Origin: Takakia lepidozioides
Lineage: Eukaryota > Plantae > Bryophyta
Assembly: GCA_030704615.1 (NCBI GenBank)
Contig: CM060734.1
Location: forward strand, 4,030,001 to 4,094,000
Length of the DNA stretch: 64,000 nucleotides
Direction of reading: 5' to 3'
In this document: positions 39,527-51,700 of the stretch, one piece after another
Position numbering within the stretch: position 1 is the stretch's first letter
Layout of the letters: the number at the start of each line of letters is the position of its first letter
Position numbers and translations under genes: made by a program
The notes under the pieces: model-generated
Seen by the model: the letters and a program-made list of their open reading frames with translations, nothing else
The model's database searches: none
What the model was told of the DNA's origin: nothing

Positions 39527-40765
39527 AGAGGCTTGCTGCCATGGCTACAGCTCAGGTGGTACCGGCTCCAAGGCTGGATGGTCCACCTTCTGTTCCTGAG
39601 GGAGGAGATATGGGAGGCATGGGATTCATGTGCGGAGCAGCACTACCACTAGTGCAGGTGGAGTCTGCTGCAGCCGTGACTCGAGGAGCAACATGAGTTC
39701 CTGAGCCACGAGGTGCAGAGGTGGAGTTGGATCCACAGCGTGGGGAGGCAAGCCGTCATGCTAGGCTTCCTCAGTCATTCACATTGGCGGAGACAGTATC
39801 GACGCCATCCATGGCACCTAGTTCTCGCCCGACTGTTACCGAGGTGGAGGTTACTATGCCATTGGGGAGAACTACACGGGCAGCATCACTACCTAGTGTT
39901 GCCAAAACTACGGCAGCTAGTGTGCTGCTGGGAGCGGCCACATCTGTGCGTCAGGCTCCATTGTTCTTGGCTACCATGATTGCGACGCCGGGGGTAAGAC
40001 CAGCTGAGGTGTTCAGGCTGGCAGCTACACTCTGTGAAAGTGGGGAGGTTACTTCATCTTCTGCGGAGATAGTGGGAGGTGTAGTGCCGGAGGGATCCTC
40101 GGATTTGAGGGTCAAGACTGCCACGGCGGCGCCATGGCAAGCTGCAGCTGCCAGCTAGGTCAGCCATTGAGCGCGCCATGGTGACACCTGGAGTTGTCAT
40201 GTTAGACAACCAGGATGACATTTTCTGTTTGAGTGGACCGGCAGACAAGAGGTACCGGCCACTGCGGGTCTTGTTGGACTCGGAAGCTCAACCATTGATG
40301 TTGGGCAGAGCTGCTATTGCAGGCTTGGGCCTCACGGAGGCGGATATGGAGCCTTGTCCTTTCCAGATACAGACGTCTCTGGGAGGATTGGAGCCGGCTC
40401 GGGGCATGACACGGCGTGAGTTGGCTATCAGACTACGGCCGGATCACCCTACAGATGGCTCAGTGATGCGAGCCAAGGCCATTGTGACAGACGCGGTCTC
40501 GTACGATGTCCTGGATGGTGGGGCAGTGTTGTACCCCATGGGCTTCACCCCGGATTTTTGGGAGGAGTCAGCTTCCTATAGGCTTGGATGGCAGTTAGGG
40601 GAGGGTCGGCGTGTGCAGCTCCCTGTGACGTTCATAGGAGGAATTGCGGTTGCCCAGCAGGGCAAGATGCCGACACTAGCAGCATTCACAGTTGCAGTGA
40701 CTTGGCCTGGAGAGTTGCTAGAGGGCAACGCTCATTCAGAGGATGACACACCTCTAGGAGAGTAG
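39527..40765 (+). pseudogene. Gag C-terminal linker and retroviral-type aspartic protease of the LTR element
   Basis: Continues the gag frame after the TSD; VLLDSEAQ (a degenerate DSGA) and YDVLDG motifs in ORF 40178-40765. Confidence 0.7.
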
Positions 40766-41880
40766 AAAGCTATATTTAGCTATACTACGAAGGCGTTAGC
40801 CAGCGAGCATGCCTGACGTGTGGTAAAACTGTGCTTCGCCCTCGCCATCTCGCACGCATACCCATCTGACGTGGGTTTCGCCACAACCGACCGGTCGGCT
40901 GATTTGGAGGCCGAAACCGGGTGGGGCAGTGTTGTGGTTTAAGTACTTGTGTAGGGCTGGTTTATCTGCATACGATATGGGATTATTTTGTGCAGGTCAT
41001 TAGCATCCTTCTGGCCATGGTAGGTACATTCAGTCCAACAGAATTTGGCCAGGCTACATCTCAGAACTGGCTTTTTAGTTGTTCCATGTTGCACGACCCC
41101 ACCCTTGTTGGCATCCCCATTCATTCATTCGTTTACGACAGTCCTTGCATGTAAGCAACATGGCGTCCCTTCCATCCAATCCCTTCATTGGACTTTGCTT
41201 GCTCCCCTTCTTTTTTTTTCCTTTGAAGGGGATGAAGCTGGAACACTTTATGCTCCCTTTCCCTAGAAAGAAAAAGAGAAAAAGGAGAATTTTTTCCACC
41301 TTATGTGACCTTTATTAAATTGATTAAAAGGGCCTCTGTCCCCTTTCCTTTAAAAATAAAAAAATAAAATTGGGATTTATTCTTCAATTTGTCGTAGAAA
41401 GACAACAAACGTAACGTAGGAGCATATACCTTTTGGTCGGTCATGGACTCGTGCCATGGACATTCCCTCACATTACCTCCCTCTTGCTTGTAGTAGTACT
41501 ATGTTGGGACCAAGTTGTGTAGTAGTTCGCACGTGAATTTGGCCCATGCAATGCCTTAAGAAAATGAATTTGGTAGCAACACCTCATCCGACGTCGACGA
41601 CGTTGAGTAAGTTAGCATGTTCAGGAAGAAAATCCTCACACAATCCAAGTTTTATTGGAAACAAACAAAACCCATGTGTGGAGCCCAGAATTCCCTTTCA
41701 AGAATCGGATATGGTGATTTACATGATCGCACCGTTCCATAGTACCTCTGTCCCACTCCATGTACTTATTATTATTATTATTATTAATTAACACTGTTTT
41801 CTAGACTTCTTCTTCTTCGTTCGTTTTTTAAATGAATAAAACGAACTTTATTTCGGATTTTCTTGACATTAATATATACG

Positions 41881-42120
41881 CACATCAGCTGGTAGCTCAG
41901 CTGGTAAGTGCACAGTGTGTCGCCCTGGTGGTTCGGGGTTCAAACCCGCTGCCCTGCCTGGTGTGTGGATCGTTGGTGACCGGTTGGTCTGGTGGTGACG
42001 TTTCCCACCTGTGCATGCCTAATGGCTTCTCTGAAAGGGGGTTAATGTTTCCTCCTCAAGGGCCTGAATTGTGAGCAGTCGCTCCCAGGTTTCCTTTTAA
42101 AATATATATATATATATATA
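41881..42120 (+). mobile_element. tRNA-derived SINE
   Basis: A box TAGCTCAGCTGG (41893-41904), B box GGTTCAAACCC (41937-41947), an unrelated body and an (AT)n tail. There is no intact acceptor stem. Confidence 0.65.
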
Positions 42121-42156
42121 CTGAAAACAAATAAAAAAATATACTGTAATTATGTT

Positions 42157-42727
42157 CCCGGGTACCGACCGTACAGGCGAGTGACAGAGGTCGTTGACTT
42201 GAACCGGGAGAACGGGTGGCCGCTGGCGTAACGCGTTCATTCATCATCCATCCTTTCCCCTGCTCGCGAAGAATCATCCATCCGGTATTTCGCAGGAATC
42301 GCCGGTTTGCGGGTTGGGTTTCGCACATGATGCCGTTGTCGTTTCGACACGGGTTGACGCACGGGTCAACCGCAGCGCATTCCCACCAAGTTGGTGGCAC
42401 CAACCCGCTTCTGTGACCTCACGCCCGGCCCGTGATGGTCCTTGCCCGGCCGGATTACCCGGGGTAGCCCGGCGGTAGTGTCAGGGACGGTTCGCTCGCT
42501 CCCCACGTTCCCAGCAAGTGCTAGAGGTCTGACCCGTGCACCCGTGCTGTACCCCACACGGCCGCCGTGGTGACGCCCGTGCTGATCCATTTCGGGCGCA
42601 ACGGGATGCCTGCACTGGAATCCACGCGGGCCAACGATAACACTATTGCGTCCATTTTCTCGACGATATCTACCCTCTCAGTCTGGGCAAGCATGAAATT
42701 TTACTTCCCGCTGCCCAGATCCAGTCT
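42157..42727. repeat. GC/CpG-rich island with repeated CCCGTG/CACGGG and TCATCCATCC motifs, probably a non-autonomous DNA transposon remnant
   Basis: Sharp GC step flanked by AT-rich DNA, with multiple short inverted motifs. Confidence 0.35.
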
Positions 42728-42793
42728 AACTAGATTAACTATATTAACTAATTTATTCAATAAATATATAAATATATATTTCGGTATTTCCTA

Positions 42794-43930
42794 AAGGAGA
42801 GGGTGGGAAATGGAATCGTCGCTGGGCGCATTGTGGAGTTACTCTGAACTGTTGGAAGCCAGTTTGGAAGGATATATGGCGTAAGGATAGGGCTGCCAAG
42901 GTGGCCGGTTTCCTCTGGAAGATCACCAACAGGATCCTCCCTGTGGCCAATTTTTGCATGTCTTCTGATGGGCTGTGTTCCCTCTGCTCTAACAACCAGT
43001 TGGAAACTGTGGAGCCTTGCCTTTTAGAATGCCCATTGGCTGCTCAGGTTTGGCGTTTGGTGCTCATCTTCTACTCTAAGTGGAACTCCTCTTCCACCTC
43101 CAAACCCTCCATTCTTTTACTCAATATCTCTTTTAATTCCCTCTGGTCCTCGTGTCCTGTATGGGCTCATTCTCTTTGGTCCATCTGGAGATCTAGATGT
43201 ACTTTTCTATTTGATGGCAAAGCCCCCAGCATCACAGTAATTCTGCATAGAATTTACTCTGACTTGATGACTGAGGGGCGGAAGGCGTGGTTGTCTTTGT
43301 CTACAACAATTCTTAAATGTGGAGAACGAAGGGAAAGACAACTTCTTTCAGCTTTCGACAACTCCTGAGGCAAAGACAATATCCTCTGCACCCGACACTC
43401 TACCTCGCACGTCTCATGGCATTCAGATCTCCCCATGTCCTGGCAAATCTCCAATGGAAGGCGACGAACCGGAGGTTAATTGGCGTCACTGAAAGCTAAG
43501 CCTGCCCAGGTCCAAAGACTCAGCTGGATTTTGGGAATGCTGCCTAGCTTCTCTCTGGTCTTGCGGCACCAATGTAGGCAATTCTAGGTTTATTTGCAGT
43601 ACTTTGTTGCTGCTTTGCCTGAGTGCTTCTTGGCTGCTCTCTCCCAGTTTGCTCGTGGAGCTCACCCTCGTTTCTGATGTTCTTGGTATTTGGGGTTGAA
43701 CATTAGCCTCTTCCCAATTCTGCTCGTCTCTCTGTTACCTGTTCCGTTTCTATTCTGCCTTCTAGTGTTCCTTAATTTCTTCTCTACGCTGCTCAGGTCC
43801 TGGGAACTTCCCCATGTTTCACGCCTTCAAGGCTCCTCGGTGGTTATTTTTTCCACCTGCTGTGCTCCTTTTTTAATAAAGTTCGAATCAGGGCCACTGC
43901 CCCTGTTTAAATTTTTTTTTTAAAAAAAAA
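42794..43930 (+). mobile_element. L1-type LINE 3' fragment (zf-RVT) with 3' UTR and A-tail
   Basis: IWRK..AKVAGFLWKITNRILP..CSLC..ET..CLLECPLAAQVW..LWSIWRSR; AATAAA at ~43875 followed by a T/A run. Confidence 0.8.
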
Positions 43931-45719
43931 GAGGATGGGGAGGGCATACCTCAATTAATTCTCTTTTTGGCGGGCAGACCGGCGGGAAGATACGACATAA
44001 CGAGCCACGACTGGGCAGGGTTGAAAGGAATAGTAGGCAGGCACGTGGCACGATGTAGTGGACGTCAATGTATTGAGGGCCGAGCGGGGTGACAAGTGAG
44101 GTCCCCGCGCGGTCTGTCTTTCTCGCAGGGTGCACCGAGGTTGTGAGTGTGCGGGAGGATTTGCGGATCGATGGCGTAGGGATCCAGAGCCGGGTGTGGG
44201 CCGAGGAATGCGCCTGCTCTGGTCTGTGTGCTGCATATTCTGGAAAGTTTTGGATGCGGTGGCTATGCTGGTTTCCATCTCTGTGTCTGTGTCTGGGTCT
44301 GGGGGTGTTCCGGGGCTTTGACCAGGTAGACGGCCCGATATTGAGGCCAATGAGTATCTGCAATTTGTCTTCTGGAAATCGCTGGGAGATGCTTCTTCGG
44401 AACACAGCGCTGCAACTCTAGGGTTTGAGGCCCGCGTGTATGTTTGTTGTCGGGGAAACTTAAACTTAGAGGGTGCACTGGTCGCAGAGATGCACCTGCG
44501 GTGTGATGGAGGGTGCCTTCTTTAGGTTGGGGGTGATGGGAAGCGGAAATTCCTTGGCTAGGAATCGCCGTGCTCACCAGCCAAGCGAGAAGCTTGGTCG
44601 TAACTATCATGGTTTCGTATTGAATGAGTAGTCTGAGTTGCAGATTATGGTTCTCGTTCGGTGGGGCGGAAAGTCTACCGGGAAGGAGAGTTGGAAGGGT
44701 AAGGGCGGCCGTTTAGATGGTTAAATGGAGGCAGTTTTTTCCCAGCTTCAGATTTGGAGGTCATTCAGCCACTGTTCGTAGTCAAGGCGGAGACTTTACG
44801 TTAAGATGCGGGGAGCAGTGTGTCTGTTGAAGCTAATGTTTTAAGAATTGAAACTTGTCATGTATTTAGCGGGAAGGGACTGGCTTTGGTCCACCACGGG
44901 AGGCAAGTTTTTACGGGAGCTCAATCCACTCAGGACGGCCATGGAATGTGAAAGACATTTGAGACAGTTGGGAGAAGTTGACTCAGACGTATCAAAAGTG
45001 ATGTGGAGGGTTATGGCTGGAAATGAGGAAGGAAATGGGTCGGAGCTTTGGATGTTCAGGAAGGCAAAGCACAATTTGTAAATGAGATTGAGATTCACTC
45101 TACGAGGGGTGTGCTTTAACAGGCATTGCATCTACGTTATATTCTGTCTTTAGCGTAGCTCAATTTGACACCGCACCAGCACAAGGTCATAATTTGGGGA
45201 CACAAGGTCCAATTAAGGTGTCGATTCAACCTCAGGTTGTTGGTGCTTTGGCGAAGAGCACCAGATTTGTGACAACCAATGACTTGCTATCCGAAAAGGG
45301 ACAGGTAGTTTCATCACACAGGAGCTCAGGCAACGGCCTGCAACCCACCAAGCATGTCGCCATTTCTGAATCTTGCAAAGGGACACTGCCTCAGGTCTCT
45401 ACTTTGTAATATACCTGTCTAGCTTTCCCGGCACTGTGTGGAGGCACAGCATTCAGTTGTAATCCTTATCAGCGGATCAGGCACAAGGGGGGGTTGGCAC
45501 AGAAAAGTCCGCTGCCGAATCTGTATTTAGTGACCTAGTTTTATGGACTTAGAGGAGGTTGATGGTGAACTGCTGTGAAAGAGAAGGATATGTGTCAGCA
45601 GATGAGACGGCCATGGAGGTTGCACCCCTAGATGCAATATTTTCTAGGGGTTGCGTGGAATGCCAAGGTTATAAGCCTAGCACTTCAGCGTGAGGAACCA
45701 TTTGAAGCGAAAGGTGGGG

Positions 45720-48700
45720 ATGCCTCAAAGGTGCTTGACTTTTTGGTCGTCTTGCTCTAAGGTACCCCTAAAGCTCCCCTAAAGCTCCCTACCCTTCTGT
45801 AAGCAGGAATCGTTCAAGTGAGCAATGCATTGCCAGCGACTATTCCTCATAAACTCTTTAAGCAGAGCTTTCCACGTTTCCTCTGTCAAAGCACATTGAA
45901 CTGTTCTACAGTGGTCAGGAGGATAATCTCTGAGTAATCCGTGCCAGGATACTTGATGCTAGCCTTTGAATCTTGGCAACTTGATTTCCAACAACCCTTA
46001 GGCTCAACATATCCAACTTTCTATCAGGCATGCATGAGACAACTCATCCTCTGGGGTGGGTGTGCCTGTGAGGGAGAGCCTTTCAAGCAGTTGGCTAGAG
46101 TGAGCTACGATTTAAGACTGGTTTCATCCAATGCAGTTGAAAACTCTTTCAATTGGCTAGCAGAATCTCTTCATTAATCATGTGGCAATCAGCAGGCACT
46201 GCAAACTCTTGTCCATGTGATAAGTTTCCAAGTTATGAGGAACCGTGCCCTTGGAATGACTATTCTGATTTTGAGTTTCCCATTGTCATCCTCCAGGGAA
46301 TGTATCCCTGAAATCTGACGGGTGCTCATCAAATTCTATCCTAGTTTTCAGGATTCTAAGCATCTCCTTGGTTTTCATAATTCCACCTGTAAAGCCTTCG
46401 CCAAGAGGTACAGCGGCCATGTTCATATGCTTGCTGGTCACAGTGCTTTCTTAGACAAGGGTGTGGACAGATAGAGTGGCCAGCCAAAACTCTTGCTTGG
46501 AGAATGAGATGCAAGCTGTAAGTTTTAACTCTTTGGTGACTTAGCTACCCTGTATGATTAACGTGATTTTTTTTGGAAACACGATTAAAACTTGATAGTG
46601 TGTACCCAGGTTATGAAATCATAGCTAGAGCATACGGTGGTATAAGATTTCTCTTGTAAGTATGGGAGGGTGGGTTACAGTTCATTGGTTCTCAATGTAG
46701 TTCTCTTGCTGCGTCTCTTAGTTGCAGATTGTGTTGCTGCTACTATGGGTTAGGACGGTGACAATGGAGGAAGGTCATGGCCCCTTTCATGGGCATGATA
46801 GGGACCAAGGCAGCAAGTCGCCGCTTTCCCATTCCTGTATTCATGATAAGATCCTAGAGCAGCAGCGGCGCTTCGGAGTCAATCAATACACAATTACACC
46901 ACAGGTGAGTTTCTTTATACTGCATCATTTGATAATATGGTCACAGGAGAGAGCCACCATTTCTCATTGTGTGTTCAAACCAATTTCGTGTAATGCTCCT
47001 CATCAAATAACATCCTTAATCTGTATGTCAGCCCTCCCTCCAGAAGCCCTTATTTTATCTATTGCTAGCACACCATATTGTAATCACGTTTAGGGGTCTG
47101 GCATTGAAAACCCAGCATTTCAATTAGCTTTGATTGTTGTCGTACCAAATCCAGGCACTTAACGTAAGCTATTTGTCCATTAGAATGTTCCCCGAACATT
47201 AAGGGTTCTAAGGGGATAGCTTTTACCTGGCACAGACTGCTTTGAAGTTTTCAGTGGAGTCGTCGTTTGATGCCTTGAAAGTGCATGATTCTGCTGAAGT
47301 AGTCCTTCTTTGCAATCCAAAACATATGCTGGGTCTCTCTTTGGTAAGGGTCTATGCATGCACATTGATTTTGCTAGTAAGTAAGACCACTTGCAGTTGG
47401 ATGTCACCCATAGTAAGGGGATTCTTAAAGGGTCGCTAATGTACTCAATGCTGACAGCAGTTCTCTAGTTGTGATCGGACAGTGTAGTTTACGCTCATTT
47501 CTTGTCTCAAAGCTGTGAAATTGTTGACCTCAAAGTAGAGCTGCACCCGGTGCAAATAGTTTACTTGAGGATAAAGATAATAGCATGTTCTGGTGCAGTG
47601 ATCCTAGGCCATTCTTGTGGCAGATCTTGCAGCAGTGGTTTAGTGGAGCTTTTACAGGCACTGGGATTCACTAACTTGGTTTGTAGATGAGACAATGGTT
47701 TGCCCGATTACAAGTTCCCGGGGTTCAAATTACTGATTACCCAAGAAGCTATAGTATTGACCTGTATTGAGGCAATGTGTGCTGCAGGTTTATGAGAGTG
47801 AGGTCGACGTTGATCTGGATGTACATCGTCGGGGATTGTTATCAGTACCAAGCAGACCAGACGCAGATTCAGATAGAAGACAATCAATAAGGATTTTTCT
47901 CAACTATGATGCAGTGGGGCATTCTGCAGATAGAGATTGCCTGTTGATTGGTGAGATTGTGAAGGTGAACCCTTGTACTTTGTCTTTTCCTTTGCTGCTT
48001 CACCTGTCTCTGCTGTCTTGCCTTGTTTGCTCCTATCACTGAGCAGCCTGAGATGGTGATGGATGCCTTAGCATTGCACTACAGCTCCTGGTCCTTCGCT
48101 GCAGTTTTGGAAGACTGTCTGTCCAGCAGGCTGATTGTATGTTGGCTCTTCTCCACTGAACAGTTGGGTGAGCCCCCTCCAAGTACCAGCCCCAGGTCTC
48201 CAGTATGCAACCCCCGCTCTGAGCCGCCTGTTTATGGCGACTGCTGGTACAATTGTACATCAGAAGACATTTCTGGAGAGGACAAGAAGAAGCGGCTCCA
48301 TGAGGTTCTCAACGTTCTTAATCACTTAGAGGCCTCGAAGTTTCCTGCATTTTGTTGTTGTCTTTAGCTTTACATGGAACACTGGAAAGGTGGGAGTCAG
48401 AAGATAGGAAATTTTGGATACTGCTCGCTCTGTATGCCTGATCTATCTGGTCATCTATTTTGCATATTCAAGGTGGGTTGTCCCCTTTGTTAGCCTCTGT
48501 GTGGATACATTTACTTGCAGTGCTTGTTGCCACTAGACCATGGTTCCCATGTAGCGGAGAAAGTCAGACAGCCATGTGGGATGGGACAGACTTTGTTGCG
48601 AAGCTAATGAGGTATGCATGCATGCATGCCAGGCACTCGGTGAAACGGCAGCATGGTTTAGACGAGCCCTCTCTGTGGAGCGGGTGAAGGGTCCGCTGCG

Positions 48701-51700
48701 GCTCAGTGGGTACTCTGCCTGTGGCCAAGATGGGGGAGTGCAGCTTCCGCGGCAGTATGTTGATGGTGAGCTTTTTCTTTCTGGAGACTCACTAGTTGGT
48801 TCAGCTACTCTTGACTATCAGTGGAACCAAATTTCATGTGAGAATCCTTCTCAGTAGGAAAAAAAAAGCTGAAGATTGTATGAACTTTGGTATGCTTCCA
48901 CTTCCCCTATCTGGTCGGACTTTCTATGATGTTCCTTGAATGAGGAGACACAACATGGCATGTATAGATTAAGTTGTACTTGACAGGTGGGATGCACCTC
49001 ATGGCTTGCTTTGGTGGTGAATTATTGGCAATAAATGAGGATATAGCACTAGCTCTCAGTGCTACGATTCTTCATCTCCAACTGGCGTGGCTATTGGGCT
49101 TTGTGCAGAGGGAGTGGAGGATGCAGACTTAGTCCTGTTGGTTACGACACGGCCTACTACAGGAAACACTCTTGCCTGGGCTGTGGCTTGTGAGCGTGAT
49201 CAATGGGGTCGTGCCATTGCTGGTAAGCACAAACTGGGATTCTTGCCTGTTCCTTTGGCTGAAGCTTGCTGATCATTCTCATGCATTGCCTCTAGATTTG
49301 TGAGTGTCGTTGGCTGCTGCCGGTTTGGCATCTATCTTCTAGCACAGATGTGCGACTTGAATGATAACTAGTCTCCTTTGTTCTCTTTGCTCAATCTCTT
49401 TCCAAACTAGAAGACTCTGTGGGTTCATGGCCAAAAGGGGCTACATCAAGCAGCCCATGCATTTGTATGTGGCTGGCAGATGTGACCGTTTGAAGGCAAG
49501 TTAACTCTTTGACAATTTTTCCTTCTGTTACAGGGCATGTTAATGTGGCACCCCGGCATCTTACAGCTGAGGCTGAAACCCTTCTTTCGGCTACTCTCAT
49601 TCACGAGGTAAAGTGTGAGCTGGATAATCTTGTCTTGGACTCGACACAATTCATAGCTTCTTTTTAATTAGACTGCTTGAAGTTGCTCTGTTCTTTGGAG
49701 GACTGGTTCAATCACACAAGTGATTTATCCTTCACTATCCTATCCTAGAATAAATTGCCTTCATGAGCTTGCTTCATACTATCCTTCATGGGCACATTCC
49801 AATTTTGGTTGTATCTTTTGCCAAACACAATGTTGCACTCAGTTCAGAAAAAGGAGGACTCCTGCCAAAGCAAGCATGCATGATTGTGCCTCTTCACCCT
49901 GTAGGGCTACTACCTTCGTGTAGGAGGACACCTTCTACCATGGTCACCCAATCCTGAGGAGTGTCCTGTTGCATTGGCAGGTGATGCATGTGCTGGGCTT
50001 TGATCCACATGCCTTTGCGCACTTCCGGGATGAACGCAAGCGCCGGCGCAGTGAGGTCTGTACCTGGCCAATGTGTGGCTTTCTGGCAGCCATTCTAGCA
50101 ATACTAGCAATGTGTTTGAGTGGTGTTGGCAAAACATGTCTCAAAGGAAGAAGATAACTCGTGTAGGTTACTTTGGTACAAACCACTACTGTATGACTAG
50201 AGAGCTCCATATCTATAATGGCTATGCCAACATCCACATAGTGCATTATGCTTAGCAATTTGACTTGTGCAGTCCTGAATCCATTTGCTCACATGTTCTG
50301 TCACCAGCAGGAGTGGTTTTCTAGCAGGTCTTGTCATCCTTAAAGCCTGACTCTTCTTGTTGGTAGGCGACACCGATGCATGTCCAGCTCTGAGTCCGGT
50401 GCCTTAATCAGTGAGCTATCTGTTGGAGGCTCCATAGGCTTCTTCAGTTAAGCACTTGTGTGACTGATATTGAGCCACATACCATCAAAATTTGCAGTGA
50501 TGGAAAGGAGGTCCCAACTTATGTTGTACAGATAGAAAGGGCAGTGGAACCAAGGGATTGTGCTCCTAATGCGCAGGTTGTCAAGCAAGATTATGATGCA
50601 AATCTGGGGAGAATGGTCACGCGCGTTGTATTACCACGCGTCATCATGCATTCACGACAACATTATGGGGTATCCTTAATTTTACTTCTAACCTACATTG
50701 TCTTGAAAGTCTTGGAAAGGTGATCATGCTATGCTCCTGGTGTGTATCATATGCATGTCTATGTTTCTCACTGGCCTTAGAAATGTCTTCCTTACATTTT
50801 GGGTAGTACAGCCTGTGGTGTCTACATTAGTACAGAAGCACCCAGATGCTTTGATTCATCTGATGACCATCTGTTCTGTTTCTAGCCATTGTTCTCTTCG
50901 CGCAGACCCCCTACCGTACTCTCCAGATTTGCCCCTATGCGTCTTTCCCTTGCATAGGGGGATGATGACATGGATGGTACTGAATGTTGTTACCTTCTTG
51001 GCAGGCATATACAAAAGCATTTGTAGGATTGGAGTTGGAAGATGGTGGAGGAAGGGGCACTGCAGGTCTGATCATTTCTTTCAAACTAAAGTACCTGTGG
51101 ACTGCAACCTATTTGGCGTAGCATGCAAGTTGAAATTCAGAACTGGCCAGCACAGTGTATAGGTTGGAAAGATGTGGACTGGTCTCCACAATTATGAGCT
51201 CCAAATTGCACATTGAATTGAAGAGCCTCATATGATCTGCCTTGGGACCCATGATTTCAACATGCAATTTTGAAATGACTTCAATCACCTTGAAAGTCCC
51301 GAGGTGATGGAATTGTCCATTGAAGTCTAACAGCTCCACCTCATGGGAGCAGGTTCACACTGGGAGAAGCGCTTGTTGATGAATGAGATTATGACGGGCT
51401 CAGTTGATACACGGTCAGTGGTGTCTGCCATGACACTAGCACTGTTGGAGGATAGTGGGTGGTACAAGGCAAATTATAGCATGGCTGAGCAGCTTGACTG
51501 GGGACGAAACCAGGGAGTGGACTTTCTAATGTCACGATGCGATGTGTGGAATGGCACTTATCACTGCAATTCTACCCATTTATCTGGCTGTACCTATAAT
51601 CGCGAGGCCGAGGGTTACTGCCCCATTGTGCGATATAATGGTGATTTGCCAGCATGGGCACGCTACTTCCCAGAGGCTAACAAAGGTACTTTGTGTTACG

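Larger units (their letters stand above)
24222..40946 (+). mobile_element. Ty3/gypsy-like LTR retroelement encoding only gag + aspartic protease (TR-GAG-like), interrupted by a DNA transposon; 3' LTR truncated
   Basis: The 5' LTR ends TAAGCCGCAACA (27679-27690). After the purine tract GGGTGGGGCAG, a 3' LTR starts TGTTGTGGTTTAAGTAC (40930). This is a 10/12 inverted match to the LTR end and resembles GGCTTAAGTAC at 24227-24237. No RT, RNase H or integrase ORF lies between 40765 and 40930. Confidence 0.65.

Noticed and set aside
41886-41958. Functional tRNA gene
   Set aside because: A and B boxes are present, but the acceptor and anticodon stems do not pair; better explained as a SINE head.
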